A stretch of 64,000 bases of DNA from Eledone cirrhosa (taxonomy: Eukaryota). The notes under the pieces are model-generated. The model ran no database searches. It had not been told where the DNA came from and was given only the letters and a program-made list of their open reading frames with translations. The position numbers were made by a program, and so were the translations under genes. Shown here piece after piece: positions 1 through 13,049 of the stretch (position 1 is its first letter; each line of letters begins with the position of its first letter). The stretch is taken from contig OZ024742.1 of the NCBI GenBank assembly GCA_964016885.1, positions 174,902,001-174,966,000 on the forward strand. Reading direction: 5' to 3'.

Positions 1-980
1 TGAACTCTAATTTCCTTTTGTGTCAACACATTTTACCCTTCTGTTCATAGAGAAATTACACAACACTCATTAAATATTCAACTATAAAATATGTTTCTCT
101 ATGTTCTATTATTTCATTTGAAGAAATAATAAATATTGATTGGTAAAACAGGAGCGGAAATTTAACCCTCATACAGGCTGATTAATGCCATCAATATTCT
201 ATACCTTCTTAGATAAAAGGGAGAAAAAACAGTAATACAATTTGAACTCATGAACAGCATTTTAGCCTTACAGACTTTAAAAACCATGCCTAGAAGGGTT
301 GAGAGGCACCAAAGACACAAAAGCTTCTCTATTGTTGGTGATCTACACAATAAATGCACCCAGTACATGCTGAAAGGTGGTTGGTGTTTGGGAGGGCATG
401 TGGCCTAAGAAAGCTTACCAAATAAGGGGATATTTGACCCTTCAGTTCGTGTCAAAAGAAACAACTTCTCTACACTTGATATGACCATACATAAGTGTGA
501 TACAGACCCCTTGGCCAGTCTAGGAGGTCAGAAGACCCCCTTCAGTACTGAATGATGATCGCTGAGTGTAGAAATGTCAAGTAATTCCAGTAGAGGAAGA
601 TCTGGATTAAAGTAGTGAGAGCTAATCTCAGGTTGCTGATTCTCACAAAGATGATAAATGAACGTAATACGTGGGGAGATGCTGTAGTGAAAAGGAGCTG
701 TCCGACCAATGCAAATATGGAACAATGTATGTAAAATGATGATGATATATAGATAGGTAAAAATTAACCAAAATGTTCAGATCACTCGGTCCATAGGGCA
801 AGTTGAAATGTACAATTAGATTAAATCACTACAATAACTTCAAAACATAAATATGTATGTTTCTTTGGTGTATTGGAATACGCCAACTCATTGGTTCACC
901 ATATTATGAACTTTTTCAAGTCTTCTTTGAATGTTGACCTTTTGTACTTTAAATGCCCCCCCCCCACACACACATATATA

Positions 981-2305
981 TCTAATATATATTTGTGAAA
1001 TGGTTGGTGGTTGAAATTCAGTTGTGCACGGTTAAATGGTAGTAGACGTGGTCGGACGGACATGAAAAATTACACACCTATGTAAAAATTGCCAAGGAAG
1101 CAAATAGACGAAGTTTCAAATCTCTTTAACTTGAAAAATGTGGTCCCTAGAGCCCCAAAACGGTCTATTTACTATCGGTTTCGGTGAGTTATTCCTCCCT
1201 GTTCTAATACTTGGATGAGTTATTTTCCGTAATCGCTTTCAATATTCATTGTATTATTTACAATTTCATACAAATTTTTAAACTCATCAATTTCTTTCAT
1301 AACATATCAAACACAACGTTCTTTCGCTGTTAACATACAGTACCGTTTTATGAAATCGATTCTGCAGTACCATTTTACGAAATGCCAAACCGAAAACGGT
1401 CACTGTTTTCCATCAAAAGAAATAAAACCCTTAAATTGCGAAGAAGGGACGCATGTTCTCAGGTACGTTTTTTCCGATATCATTTTTATTTTAATTCTAA
1501 TACATGTTAACCACCACTAACAGTAAGTAGTATTTTTCAAAGTCAAATGAAAAGTTTAAAGAATACATGCATGTAAACTTAATGAATGGGATCTATAACC
1601 CTTTGTGTTTCCGAGTTAATTCATTCAGTTTTTTTTTAATATCAATTGTAAACTTAATGAATGGGATCTATAAGCCCTTTGGTTGCCGAGTTAATTAATT
1701 CAGTTTTTTTTTTAATATTCTTTGTCTTATTTAAAATAACATATCAAAGACAACGTTATTTCGCTGTTAATAAACTGTTGCCTTCTACAGTACGTTTCAT
1801 TTTCATTTTTCAATTACAGTTGCTCTATATTAAATTTAAATACTTCTATAACGATCATACAGTACCGTTTTAGGAAATCGATTCTGCAGTAGAATTTTAC
1901 GAAATGCCAAACCGAAAAAGGTCACTGTTTTCTAACAAAAGAAATAAAACCCTTACATTGTGAACCCCCTGTTCTAATACTGGGGTTAGTTATTTCCCCC
2001 TCTTCTAATAAACGTCTAATATATAGAGGCCCCTCTTGCTGACCAGGGCAATCAAAGTGTAAACTATCATACAAACCTTCATTATCTGCATTTTCAAACT
2101 TGCATATCATCGACATTGCTATTTCGCTGTTAATAAACAACGCTTTTCACGTCGCTCCACTCCTCATTGTACGCCGTCCAGCCCCAAGTGAATATTTCTA
2201 TTTCTTTTCCTGATACTGCTTCTTTATAATAAACTTTCAATAATATTTTTCAAATTATTAACTTAATAAAAAGTGGCCCCGGGTGCAACCGGGCTCAGCT
2301 GCTAG
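981..2305 (+). mobile_element. Non-autonomous Helitron, both termini present
   Basis: Starts A|TCTAATATAT at 981 and ends CTAG|T at 2302-2306, an A/T insertion site with no TSD. Subterminal GC hairpin cccgg-gtgcaa-ccggg at 2278-2293. Internal direct duplications (about 1352-1440 vs 1876-1965; 1572-1642 vs 1647-1718). Confidence 0.8.
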
Positions 2306-2317
2306 TAGATATATATA

Positions 2318-2505
2318 ATTGTTTCTACTTTTGGCACAAGGCCAGCAATTACCCAGTGCATTACTGGTACTTTATTTTATCGACCCTGTAAGGATGAAAG
2401 GCAAAGTTAACCCCGACGGAATTTGAACTCAGAATGGCAAGGACCGTAACTCTATACATCAAAGCATGGCGTCCGACCCTCTACTGATACTGCCAATCCC
2501 CTGCC
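2318..2505 (-). mobile_element. tRNA-derived SINE family A (central domain resembling Meta/MESC)
   Basis: Reverse complement of the family seen on + at 38805-38990: tRNA-like head (ttggcagtatc.gtagag ... gagttcaaat), gcctttcatccttacggggtcgataaaataaagtaccag, tail gtagaaacaatt. More than 12 copies in the window. Confidence 0.8.
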
Positions 2506-3418
2506 CTATATATATATATAATGGTTTCCAAAGAGAATCGCAGAGTTTACAGTTACATAAGAGACACAATACATTTTTTTTTTTTCTTGTGAGATATGTA
2601 AATACTGAAATTGCCCAAAATTATTTGACATTCCTTATGATTTCAAATGAATAAAATAGTTCTAGCCTTCTAGAAGTTATTTCTATATAGAATAAATCCT
2701 ATACACACACACACAACACACACACAGTCACCCTCCCCACACACAAGCATTATGTGTGTACACATGTAGCTCCATGTATTTACTTAAAACTGAAAGCACT
2801 CTTTATTGTTGTTAACATCTTTCTTTTCTTCTTCAAAGGCCTTCTTCCATTGTATTGCTACTACCAACTGTGGCGTTATTAATGTTGACTCCATCTATTG
2901 AATTTGTTGCTTTTCAAAGTTATGAAATCAGTCAGGAGAATGGCCCCTTTGACATTTACAACATTTTTGCCATAAAATTGAACTGCAATTTCAAATGTCA
3001 AATTTGATTTAGATTAAAATTTTCCCCTGAAATATAATATTTTAAGAAAATAAATGTGTTTTGTGTATTCTAAATAATAGAATTAAAAATAGCAATAGGT
3101 GGATAGCAAGATATTTAGTTTGAAATGTGGGCGGTTTTCATCTTCTAGAAACTTTAATAAGCTGTGAAGAACAAGTTTGAAAGCTTTCGAATTATCACTG
3201 TGCTGCTCTTGTTAAAATAAAATATATTTTTTATTACATAGTTTAAAACTTATATATTAGTCCATGAAATATAAACACTTACATGATTGCGATAAGAATG
3301 TGAAAACAAACTTATTGAGTAAAAGATAGTTTGCTGAAAATTCCAAATTCAAATGATATGAAATTTTCCCCAAAGTTATCTCATTTTGTTATACTTCTTT
3401 TGTTACAATAATAATTAT

Positions 3419-3533
3419 AATTGTTTCTACTTTAGGCACAAGGCCAGCAATTACCCAGTGCATTACTGGTACTTTATTTTATCGACCCCGTAAGGATGAA
3501 AGGCAAAGTCAACTTCGGCGGGATTTGAACTCA
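3419..3533 (-). mobile_element. SINE family A, 5'-truncated
   Basis: Near-identical to the 3' half of 38805-38990, set in an (AAT)n context. Confidence 0.8.
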
Positions 3534-3689
3534 ATAATAATTATAATGATTTGAAATGTAGTCATCCCAACTTATCATCAACATCATTGTTTTATATGCT
3601 TGCATCGGTTAGATAGGTTGTCCAATGCTGAGGCTAGACTAGTCAGGTGACCATGTCCTGCTCGTTTGCTCCATTTTGGTTTTATTGTT

Positions 3690-3905
3690 TTGTGGTTTGG
3701 CTTAGTTTCTACATGTTTTGGCTTGATTTCTATGAGTTATGGCTTGGTTTCTATGTGATTAGGCTTCGTTTCTATGCATTTTGGCTTGTGCTCTAGGAGT
3801 TTATGATTACTGTGGTCTGGCTTGGTGTCCATATAGTCTGGCTTAGTTTGCATGGAGACTGACTTGGTTTCCATGTGGTCTGGCTTAGATTGTATGTGGT
3901 TTAGT
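3690..3905. repeat. Degenerate minisatellite, unit about 21 bp (tggcttggtttctatgtg-like)
   Basis: About 10 imperfect tandem units visible. Confidence 0.7.
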
Positions 3906-4699
3906 TAGTTTTGACTATAATAATAGTAGTATTAGCATATATAACAGTTGAAGAAAATGTATAAAGTACTACTAGAGATTGAAAAAATGTAAAAAGGGGT
4001 GACTGTTAATTTTCTCCATCTACATTTCAAATTTTCACACTATTCTTAAGTCAACCGGTTGTTCACATTTCTAGCTACAGGCTTAACATCTTCTAAAAGA
4101 TGGTAATTTTTGGCCAGGGACTCATCCTGTATCTGAGATATGTAAAGTTTGATTTCCCTGTAAAGACCTCTGTCCAGGTTTTTTTCTGTCTCTAAAGATT
4201 TTTTACACAAATTTTCTCAACTATCATTTATAGTGATCAACCAATATTATTATAGTCCCCTACGTTGGGACAACTGCATTTCAACCGGCTGTTCAAATTT
4301 TTTAATGTGTTCAAGTATTTAACAAAATATTGAAAATGTATGGAAAGAATAACTGCTGACTGTATTTATTCTATCAAAGTGATTAGGTATTTTGAAAACT
4401 TGTCTCTTGTAGCCTAGCAACTAAATTTAACAACCTACTTGCAGAATAAAATAAAGAAAAATTTATATTTTAAAACTATCCTTTTCTCCATTATTATTCC
4501 TGCTGGAAAGATATGTTAATTTCCCAAGGTAGAAATACTCCACATTTGTAAGGATTGTTTGTAATAGGTTATTAAAGCAACCCTATCATCTTAATGGTAC
4601 TTATTTTAGTAACCCAGAGTGATCAAGTATCTGTCTTTTGAAATAATGAAATGATATTTGAATTTGAATTATGATGCACAGGTATTTTTGGAACATCTA

Positions 4700-5290
4700 A
4701 CAGCTACTCTACTAACAATAACAATAATTTCAACAACAAAAACAACAATAATTACACTAGTGATGATGATGATTGTTTCTGAAATTACAGCAAATAGTTG
4801 TTGGAGTAATTACCACCACTACTTTTATTGCTACTAACATCATCACAACCACTATCGTCACTACCATCAACATAATCTTTGTCACCATCACCATTACTAC
4901 CACCAACACCATCATTTTTATGGTGACCACCACCACCACTACTACTACTGCCATTACCATCACCATCACACATTCTCTCACCACTACCATCTATACCATT
5001 CCTATCACTATTCCCACTACCATCACTATCATTCTTATCAATACCTCTACTCCCAGCATCACCATCATCCTCACCCCCACCATCAACAACATCAACTTCA
5101 CTGCTGTCACCACTGTTACGGCTTCCAACACCATCACCATGCCAACCACCATCCTCCACATCATCATCACCATAACCAATACCACCAATGTCCTTATCGT
5201 CACTACTATCATAACTACCACCATCACTATCCACTTCATCACTACCACTGCTCCCACTACTATCATTCCCATCCAAACCACCATTGATAT
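4700..5290. repeat. Degenerate (ACC/ATC/ACT)n trinucleotide low-complexity tract
   Basis: Produces the Thr/Ile-, Val/Met- and Gly/Asp-rich ORFs in four frames. Confidence 0.85.
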
Positions 5291-5949
5291 TTCAAGAACA
5301 TTTGTCTGGCTATTTCTAGAAACCTCTACTCAGAAATATTCATTTTTGTAAAGTTTTTAAACTATTATTTATGTGGCCCATTTAGCTTTCTGAATGGCAC
5401 AGTTAATTTCAAAATTGCTTGAATTTTTTAGTAGTGTGGGTCACCTTATGATGACCCACATCCTATGCAGCCCACAACTAAAAAAAAGGTTGCCCATGTT
5501 TGATTTAAAACAACTGCATTTTTTTTATTATTAAATAAATGATATTATATAAAGGTATGGCTGTGTGATTAAGCAGGTTGTTTCATAACCATTATGTCAT
5601 TGGTTCAATCTCACTGTTTCACTTTGAGCAAATGTCTGCTACTCTAGTCCAATGCTATAGTACCAGATATTTGAATTTGGTAGACAAAAACTGTAACGTA
5701 GGTGTAGAAAACTTGCCAAACAAGATGTCAAGAAATCTCTTCAGTCTTGTCAAAAACAGGACCAACATTCTGTTGCACTCTACACAGGGATGGAACTGAA
5801 AAAACAGTAGCACTTATAAAGTAATGACGAGGCCTGTACCAACCTCCTTTCTAATAAGAAAAACAGACATCTACTTTAGGCATAAGTAGGTTATTTAGTA
5901 ATGATTCTTAATTATTATTGGGGGGCAGCAACAAGGTTGTAAACTTGAT

Positions 5950-6215
5950 ATATGGTAAAGTGGTTGTGTAGGTGTCATGACAAAAAGCAGCCAGTCCACA
6001 CTGTAAAGTGGTTGTGTAGAAGACACAGTAAAAAGCACCCAGCACACACTGTAAATGTGGTTGGCATTAGGAAGGGCATCCATCCGTAGAAAACCAGCCA
6101 GAAATAGTCATATGCTAGCAAGACACGGTCACCTGATCCAACTTGACTTAAATTGGACAAACCCATCTAACCCATGCTAGTGTGGAAGATAGATGTTAAA
6201 TAATGATGAAGATGA
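5950..6215 (+). mobile_element. RTE-tailed SINE (family B related), degenerate
   Basis: aaaagcacccagcacacactgtaaatgtggttggcattaggaagggcatcc ... aacccatgctagtgtggaag ... taatgatga tail, shared with 19340-19545 and 35716-36056. Confidence 0.6.
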
Positions 6216-6267
6216 TATATGCTGAAAACAGAAACTGAAACCGTCTGGCACCATGGTCGCATTCTTA

Positions 6268-6269
<2 letters not shown>

Positions 6270-6347
<78 letters not shown>

Positions 6348-6373
6348 CTCACTCTCTCTCTCTCTCTCTCTCT
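6270..6373. repeat. (CT)n microsatellite
   Basis: Directly visible. Confidence 0.95.
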
Positions 6374-7061
6374 TAAAACTGTAGTCAGGTCTTTCTTATC
6401 AATTGAGACCTAGGGTGAATTATCTGTGAATTATATCATATTTGATAATGTCAAAATACTGTGCCATTCTGAATCCTTCTTGGGACTACCTCAATGGTAC
6501 ATGTGTCAGTAGAATGCTCATCCACTTGCATGATAATTTCACAAGCAAGTGATACATTTGTTATTGTTTTGATGGATGTCTGGAATGTGTGTGGGTGTGT
6601 GTGTATATTTTCTAATCTTTTCTCTCAAAGTTTGACCTTGGTAGCAATGTTATTTGTTTACATTCTGCATAAGCAGAAATCCTACTGCTCAGCAATTACA
6701 CATCTGAAGATCCATACCTTACAGAAGGTTACCATTGGTAAGAGTATCTGTTTGTGGAACACCACCTCAACATGACATATCCAATCCATGCCAGCATGGA
6801 AAAATAAACATAAAACTGTTATGTTAATGATGATGATCATGATTAATTCAAAAAGAGAGTGGACTATCTATTTCTGGAAATTTCCTTTCTTATTAACTAT
6901 TATTCAAAACAACAGAATTCTTTTTGTTGTATTCATAAAAGTGCTAAACTAGGTGTGTGGCTAAGGAATTCACTTTGTAACTATATAGGTTAAGTCCCAC
7001 TGAAGTGAACCAATGCTCTGCAAGTGAAATTTGGTAGATTAAATCTATGTAGAAACCTACA

Positions 7062-7101
<40 letters not shown>

Positions 7102-8049
7102 GTAGAACACTGGAAAGTAATATCCGTAGTGGTAGAGCACTCAGTCCATGGGACGAGTTAGGTAGAAGTGGTTACACAACAGTTAGTTCACCATACCGAG
7201 AACAATTGTTTCACCTTAGCGGATCCTCAGTTTAATATGAAGTTTAATATAGAAATGGTTTATACACGACTAGAACTGTTTCCTTCAAAGTAAATTATCA
7301 GAAAACCTATGATTTGTTTTGAATGAAACAGTTCTAATACTATAGAAGCCATTTCTATGTTAGACTACATGTTTACACTCTACTAATGTATTGAGTACCT
7401 TACTAACTGTGGTTAACCCCGATTGAACCTGGGACTCACACACTGACATACATATAGGTATATATGATTATCACCACTGTTCAACATCTATTATCCATGT
7501 TTGTATAGATTAGACAGTCTGACACAATATGAAGCTAGTATAGATTTAGTGAAGCTATATAAATGATAAAGTTGATTACAAACCATGATTTGCTACATTA
7601 TTATTTAATGAAGAATAAGTATTGTGAGGTGTAAGAAAAAACTATCTCCTGGGGGAAGATTATATTACAATGCATTATGGGAAATTCTCTACCGCACAGC
7701 TGAATATTAGTCAACAGTGAATAGTTAAGGGAATATGCAACTATAGTTCATCTTTCATAAGTTCGCAGGTAATGCTCTACACTAGCTATGTTATATGACC
7801 ACATCTTGCTCATATGGATCTGCTTTTGGCTTGGTTTCTACAGCTGAATGCCCTTCTTAATGCCAACCATACTATAGCTTGTACCTGGAGCATTTTGTGG
7901 AAACACCACAAACATTTTACTGGGTGGGCTGTGTGCTCTTCTGTTGTATATATAATAAATATCTGTATATATGGGGAAATGAAGCAGATATATACACTAA
8001 ACTGCAGGTGCATTTCCATGGTACACAACCAGCTCCGAATGATCAGAAC

Positions 8050-9135
8050 TGCTTCCTGGTCCAGGGCTGGTGATAATCTCATTGGTTCAACTACCATAAA
8101 CTCTCAAATCAGCAACCTCTCTGGGGTTGAACTTGCTGCTCTTCCTTCCTTCCCTCCCTCCAAAACTGTGACAACATTGTCATCAATCTGGTGGATAAGG
8201 GAAGCACAGAGGTACTGTGGTACACTGACCTCTATACAATGGAGGCTCTATGACAGCTTCATAACTGCCTCTTCTACTGTCCTCCCCTCTCTACAATCCC
8301 ACACCCTTATAACAGCAACAGTTATCCTCCATCATACAACAGTTCATCCCCTCATTCCTCCTACCTCACCACCACTAACCTCATAGTCTGCACAACATGC
8401 ATCCCCACCATTTATTTCCTCCCCCAAATCCACAAGCTTGATATCTCTGGCTGCCCCACCTAACTCATTTCCAGCTATCTTGTCTCCATCCACGCACTCC
8501 TAGTAGCCACCCACCCCTTCCACATATCTGATACCAACCACACCCTCCACCTCTTTGACCCCTTCACAATTCCACCTAGAATTTTAACCCTGACATCAAA
8601 TACCTCTACATGGTCATCCCCTACGTTGATGGCCAACATGCCCTCCAACACTTCCTAGACCGTCACCCCGCCACTCTACTCTCAACCTCCACCATCATCC
8701 ACCTTGCTGAGATGGTCCTCTTTTCCTTCTCAGGTCACTTCTACCAACAGGTAACTGGGGTGGCTATAGGTACAAACTAGGCCAACCTACTCATAAGCTA
8801 CTTTGAGACCCAAATTTTTGCCCAGTACACTGGCCTCATCCCCAAACTATATGTCTGTTATATCGATGACTGTATCAGCACCACCTCACTCACTGGAGAG
8901 CACCTAGACTCATTTCTCTCTTTCCTCTGCTCCTTCTACCCTGCACCTGACATCACTAACTCCATTCATATCCAAGACATCTCTGTCTCCATCAGCCCCT
9001 CCCATCATTCCCTCATCACCTCTACCTTCTTTAAACCTGCTGACTCCCACTCCTACCTCAATTTCATATCATCCCAACCCACCCCTGCCAAACACTCCAT
9101 CTCCTAATTCCAATTTCTCCGACTGTGCTGCCAAT
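8050..9135 (+). pseudogene. Decayed Penelope-like element reverse transcriptase
   Basis: Frame-broken PLE RT motifs: NIVINLVDKG..VLW..DLY (~8170), IYFLPQIHK (~8410), FYQQVTGVAIGT (~8740), YIDDCI (~8860), FKPADSHSYLNF (~9030). Followed by a C/A-rich 3' region to about 10640. Confidence 0.8.
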
Positions 9136-10671
9136 GCACACACATTTTTTTCTCCAGACCTGAAATGGGAATGGTCTAAAATCCCCACCCCTCTTCCTTT
9201 AGTTCCTCACACACACATCAGCTCCACCTCTTCACCAACCTACCCACACCCAGCTACACAACCCATACTCGTTACTCCCTTACAACCTCCCTATTTTACC
9301 CCACCAATGGCACCAACTAATCAACTAATGGACCCTATAACCCACCACTAACTCTGCTACCCCCCCCCCGTCTTCTTCCCCACTCCACCACTCTACCACC
9401 CATACACACATACCAAACACCACTAACTACCTACAACCCTGACGACCACCACTTTCAACTCTGGATCACTATACACACACACAAACGTACACACTCACAT
9501 GCATAGAAACAATTAAAAAAAGTCACATACGCACACCCACTTATGCTTCCCGTCTCCAATAACATACTCATACACAACCAGTTTACCAGATACACCCATA
9601 TGATACTCTTTTAACCCTACCAACAGCATCAACTAATTAACTAACAGACCAAACACCCACCACTAACTCCTGTCCATCACCACCTCACAGGCCATCATCC
9701 TTTATTCCTTATCTTCAATACGGACATACTCACCACTTCCAGCTACTAACAACCTCTACTACCGCTTACACCCCAGTACCTCCTATACACACACACACCA
9801 CCACAGCTCCCTCCCAAATTACTTCCGTTTTGCATGCGCTACCACCTTTCCCTCCTCCCCTCCCCTACTTCCACTCTGACCACAACATATCTGGACATCG
9901 TACAACATCTCTCTGGACAACAGCTTTCTGGACAAGATTATATGTGGATATCCCAACACACACACACACACACACACATACGCATGCATAATCATACACA
10001 CATTCACCCTCACACACATGCACACAAGACATTTCTGCTACTGACAATACACATAGTCACAATAGAGATGTGGATACACGCATGCATCTGACACACATGT
10101 GAAAATACACGCACACACAAACATCACATTCACATGCATAGAAATAATAGAAAACTGCCACATACACACATGCATGGAGACACATATACACACACACAAT
10201 CATATGCACTCACATACACAGAATCAATAGACAAAAGCCCCATACACACACATGCAAAGAAACCCCAAAGAACTCACAGACCTACACACATACACACACA
10301 GACACCAGAAATATAAGAATCTGAGACACCCACATGTTCACAGACACCTACCAATTTCATCCCTTCAACATACATGCAATCACACCTATGACATACCTGG
10401 ACCCTCCAATTCAGTCCCCACTCCCAAATGCTGGACCTCTCGGCTACCACCCAAACTATCAATCTCCTACTAATACCCTTTTCCTAACTTCCTGTCCTAA
10501 CTTTCACACACTAACTTCATGTTCTTGAAGGTCTTCTGTACAAAACGTAAAACCCTCCTCCACTTCCTCTGAGCATGAACCTCATATGAATTTGTATTTT
10601 TGCATCCCTGTGTTTGCTTTGTTTCATAAATCAATTATATATATATCCAACCCTTGCTAGCAGTAGTAGTA

Positions 10672-12280
10672 GACATTAATACAATGGTAATGAAGGCATC
10701 AGAGGATGTAGGCACTAAACTGGATGCACACATCATCAATCAGGCTATATATGGCGGTCTCATACCCAAAGACTGGTGCAGCAGTATTCTCATAAATTGC
10801 TACAAAAGTAAAGGGGATGCTCTGGAGAGGAGCAAGTATAGGGGCATGAAACTGACGGATCAGGTTATAAAAGTGGCAGAAAGGATATTAGCACAACTAA
10901 TTAGAGAAAGGGTCAAACTAGATGAGATGCAGTTTGGTTTTCTGCCTGGGAAAAGAACAACGGATGCCCTCTTCTTAGTGAGACAATTACAAGAGAGGTT
11001 CTTAGTGAAGAATAAGCCACTATACTTAGCCTTTGTTGACCCAGAGAAGGCCTTTGATAGGGTACCCCAATCTGTCATCTGGTAGTCCCTAAGGAAGCTG
11101 GGTGTTGAGGAATGGCTTGTGAGGATAGTGCAAGCATTGTACAGAGGTGCTGTCAGTAAAGTGAGGGTAGGAATGGAGTTTAGTGAGGAATTCCAGATAC
11201 AAGTAGGAGTACATCAGGGTTCGGTCCTCAGCCCACTCTTGTTTATTACAGTCCTCCAAGCCATAACAGAGGAATTTAAAACTGGCTGTTCATGGAAACT
11301 TCTCTATGCTGACGATCTGGTTCTTATAGCAGAATCAGTAGAGGAGCTAGAGAATAGATTCTGGCTATGGAAACTGCAGTTGGAATCAAGAGGACTGAGA
11401 GTGAACCTAGCTAAGACAAAAGTGTTGATGAGTAGAAAAGAGGACAAAACTCTGATTCCATCAGGGCCATGTTCGATATGCAGAAAAGGAACTGGCATAA
11501 ATTCTATAAAATGTACACAATGCACATATTGGGTACACAAGAGATCTAGTGGGATAGCAAGCAAACTAACAGGTAGGGAAAAATACGTATGCAGTAGATG
11601 TACATAGAAATTTGACAGTAGAAGTCGCATTGATAGACACATTTTTCAAATGCAAGTGGGTGCTATAGACGTGGTTGATAGCTTCTGGTACCTAGGTTAT
11701 CAGATTAGCATGGGAGGGGGGGGGGGTTCTGAGACCATAGTATCTAGAATAAGGACGGGTTGGAAGAAGTTTAGGGAGCTGCTTCCTCTGCTGACGAAGA
11801 AGGGTTTCTCTCTGCGTATGAAAGGCCGGTTATATGATGCCTGTGTGAGGTGGATGAGATATGGGCAGCAACTGCAGAGGATATGTGATGGCTGGAGAGA
11901 AATGAAGCAAGCATGCTCAGTTGTATGTGCAATGTTAATGTGAGTGAATGGCTAAGCATGGATGTGTTGAGAGAGAAACTGTGTCTGAGAGGGATAAATT
12001 GTTGTATGCGGAAGAGGAGATTGCAATGGTATGGACATGTGATGTGCATGGAGAATGACTGATGGGTGAAGAAGTGCCAAGACATGCCAGTTGAAGGAAT
12101 ATGTAGTAGAGGAAGACCACGAAAAACATGGGTGGAGTGGTGAGAGCAGACCTCAGATCGCTGAAGAGCACAGTAGAGATGACAATGGGCTGTGACAGTG
12201 GAGAGATGCTATTCTGATTATGACCCATCCCACCCTTGCAAGCAGGGAAAAGCAGACGTAAAATGATGATGACGATGATA
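10672..12280 (+). mobile_element. RTE-clade LINE, 5'-truncated and disrupted (RT domain plus 3' tail)
   Basis: ORFs 10654-11085 (QFGF.PGK.TTDA, AFVD.EKAFDRVP) and 11119-11607 (GVHQGSVLSPLLF, LLYADDL). 3' end cccacccttgcaagcagggaaaagcagacgtaaaatgatgatga. Confidence 0.92.
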
Positions 12281-12700
12281 TATATATTTGCTCTATGGTT
12301 CTTATATATTTGATATATATTTAACCTTATCGAGCCCTCTTTGGATTTTAGTCTTCAAATTTATTATTATTACTATATACATATATATATTTATCACATC
12401 ATGATTATTTAATATATATACATATAAGTCTCTGTGTTTATGTGTACCATTTTTCATGTCTTAACAGTTTGACAAAAAGAGCTTGACAAAATAAGTACCA
12501 GACTTTATAAACTCTATATAAAGTACTACTTTTGATATGATCAATTAAATACTTTCAAAGCAAGGCCCCAGCAAAGCTGCAGTAAATGACTAAAACCAGT
12601 AATAGTATAAATGAATGAGAGGAAATGATGTTTCATAAAATATATTCTGTTTAAATTTATCATTTAGCATTATATATATATATAATGCTAACTGATAAAA

Positions 12701-12866
12701 AATGGATACAAAGGAATTAAGATATAAAATAGAATAGACAATGGAATAATATTTTGTTAAAACAACAATATATATATATACACACATATATATATATATT
12801 GTTGTTTTAACAAAATATTATTTCATTGTCTATTCTATTTTATATCTTAATTCCTTTGTATCCATT
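12701..12866. repeat. Near-perfect palindrome centred on a (TA)/(CA) microsatellite
   Basis: Arms of about 80 bp, aatggatacaaagg...caacaatatata / tatatattgttg...cctttgtatccatt, with one visible mismatch. Confidence 0.9.
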
Positions 12867-12996
12867 AAAACATAAAAAAAAATTGCCACTGGTTATCATA
12901 GTTAATGTTCCAAAACAGAAAAACATTTTACTACTAAGTAATACAATGGTTTGCAGAGCAAATTTTTCTTTAGAATTCCACCCACTTGTCACATAC

Positions 12997-13049
12997 ATTG
13001 ATGACTTCTACAGTTTCTTTAACAACTGCTTTAGTTTTACCATCAGAGC
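12997..13049 (-). other. Candidate 53-nt exon (GSDGKTKAVVKETVEVIN)
   Basis: Minus-strand acceptor tttccattttag and donor gtatgt, in non-repetitive sequence. No recognised homology. Confidence 0.25.

Noticed and set aside
2780-4330. Host exons in unique-looking sequence (also about 19740-19970, 21710-21830 and 26335-26390)
   Set aside because: Only isolated splice-like motifs, with short or stop-containing frames and no recognisable protein motif.
4757-5351. Mucin-like or membrane-protein ORFs
   Set aside because: Open in several frames on both strands because of a trinucleotide low-complexity tract.
7814-8386. 190-aa protein-coding gene
   Set aside because: A chance ORF crossing a SINE remnant and an off-frame reading of the decayed PLE RT.
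10515-10560. HHR at the end of the 8050-10640 PLE
   Set aside because: The position fits, but neither CUGANGA nor GAAA is intact.
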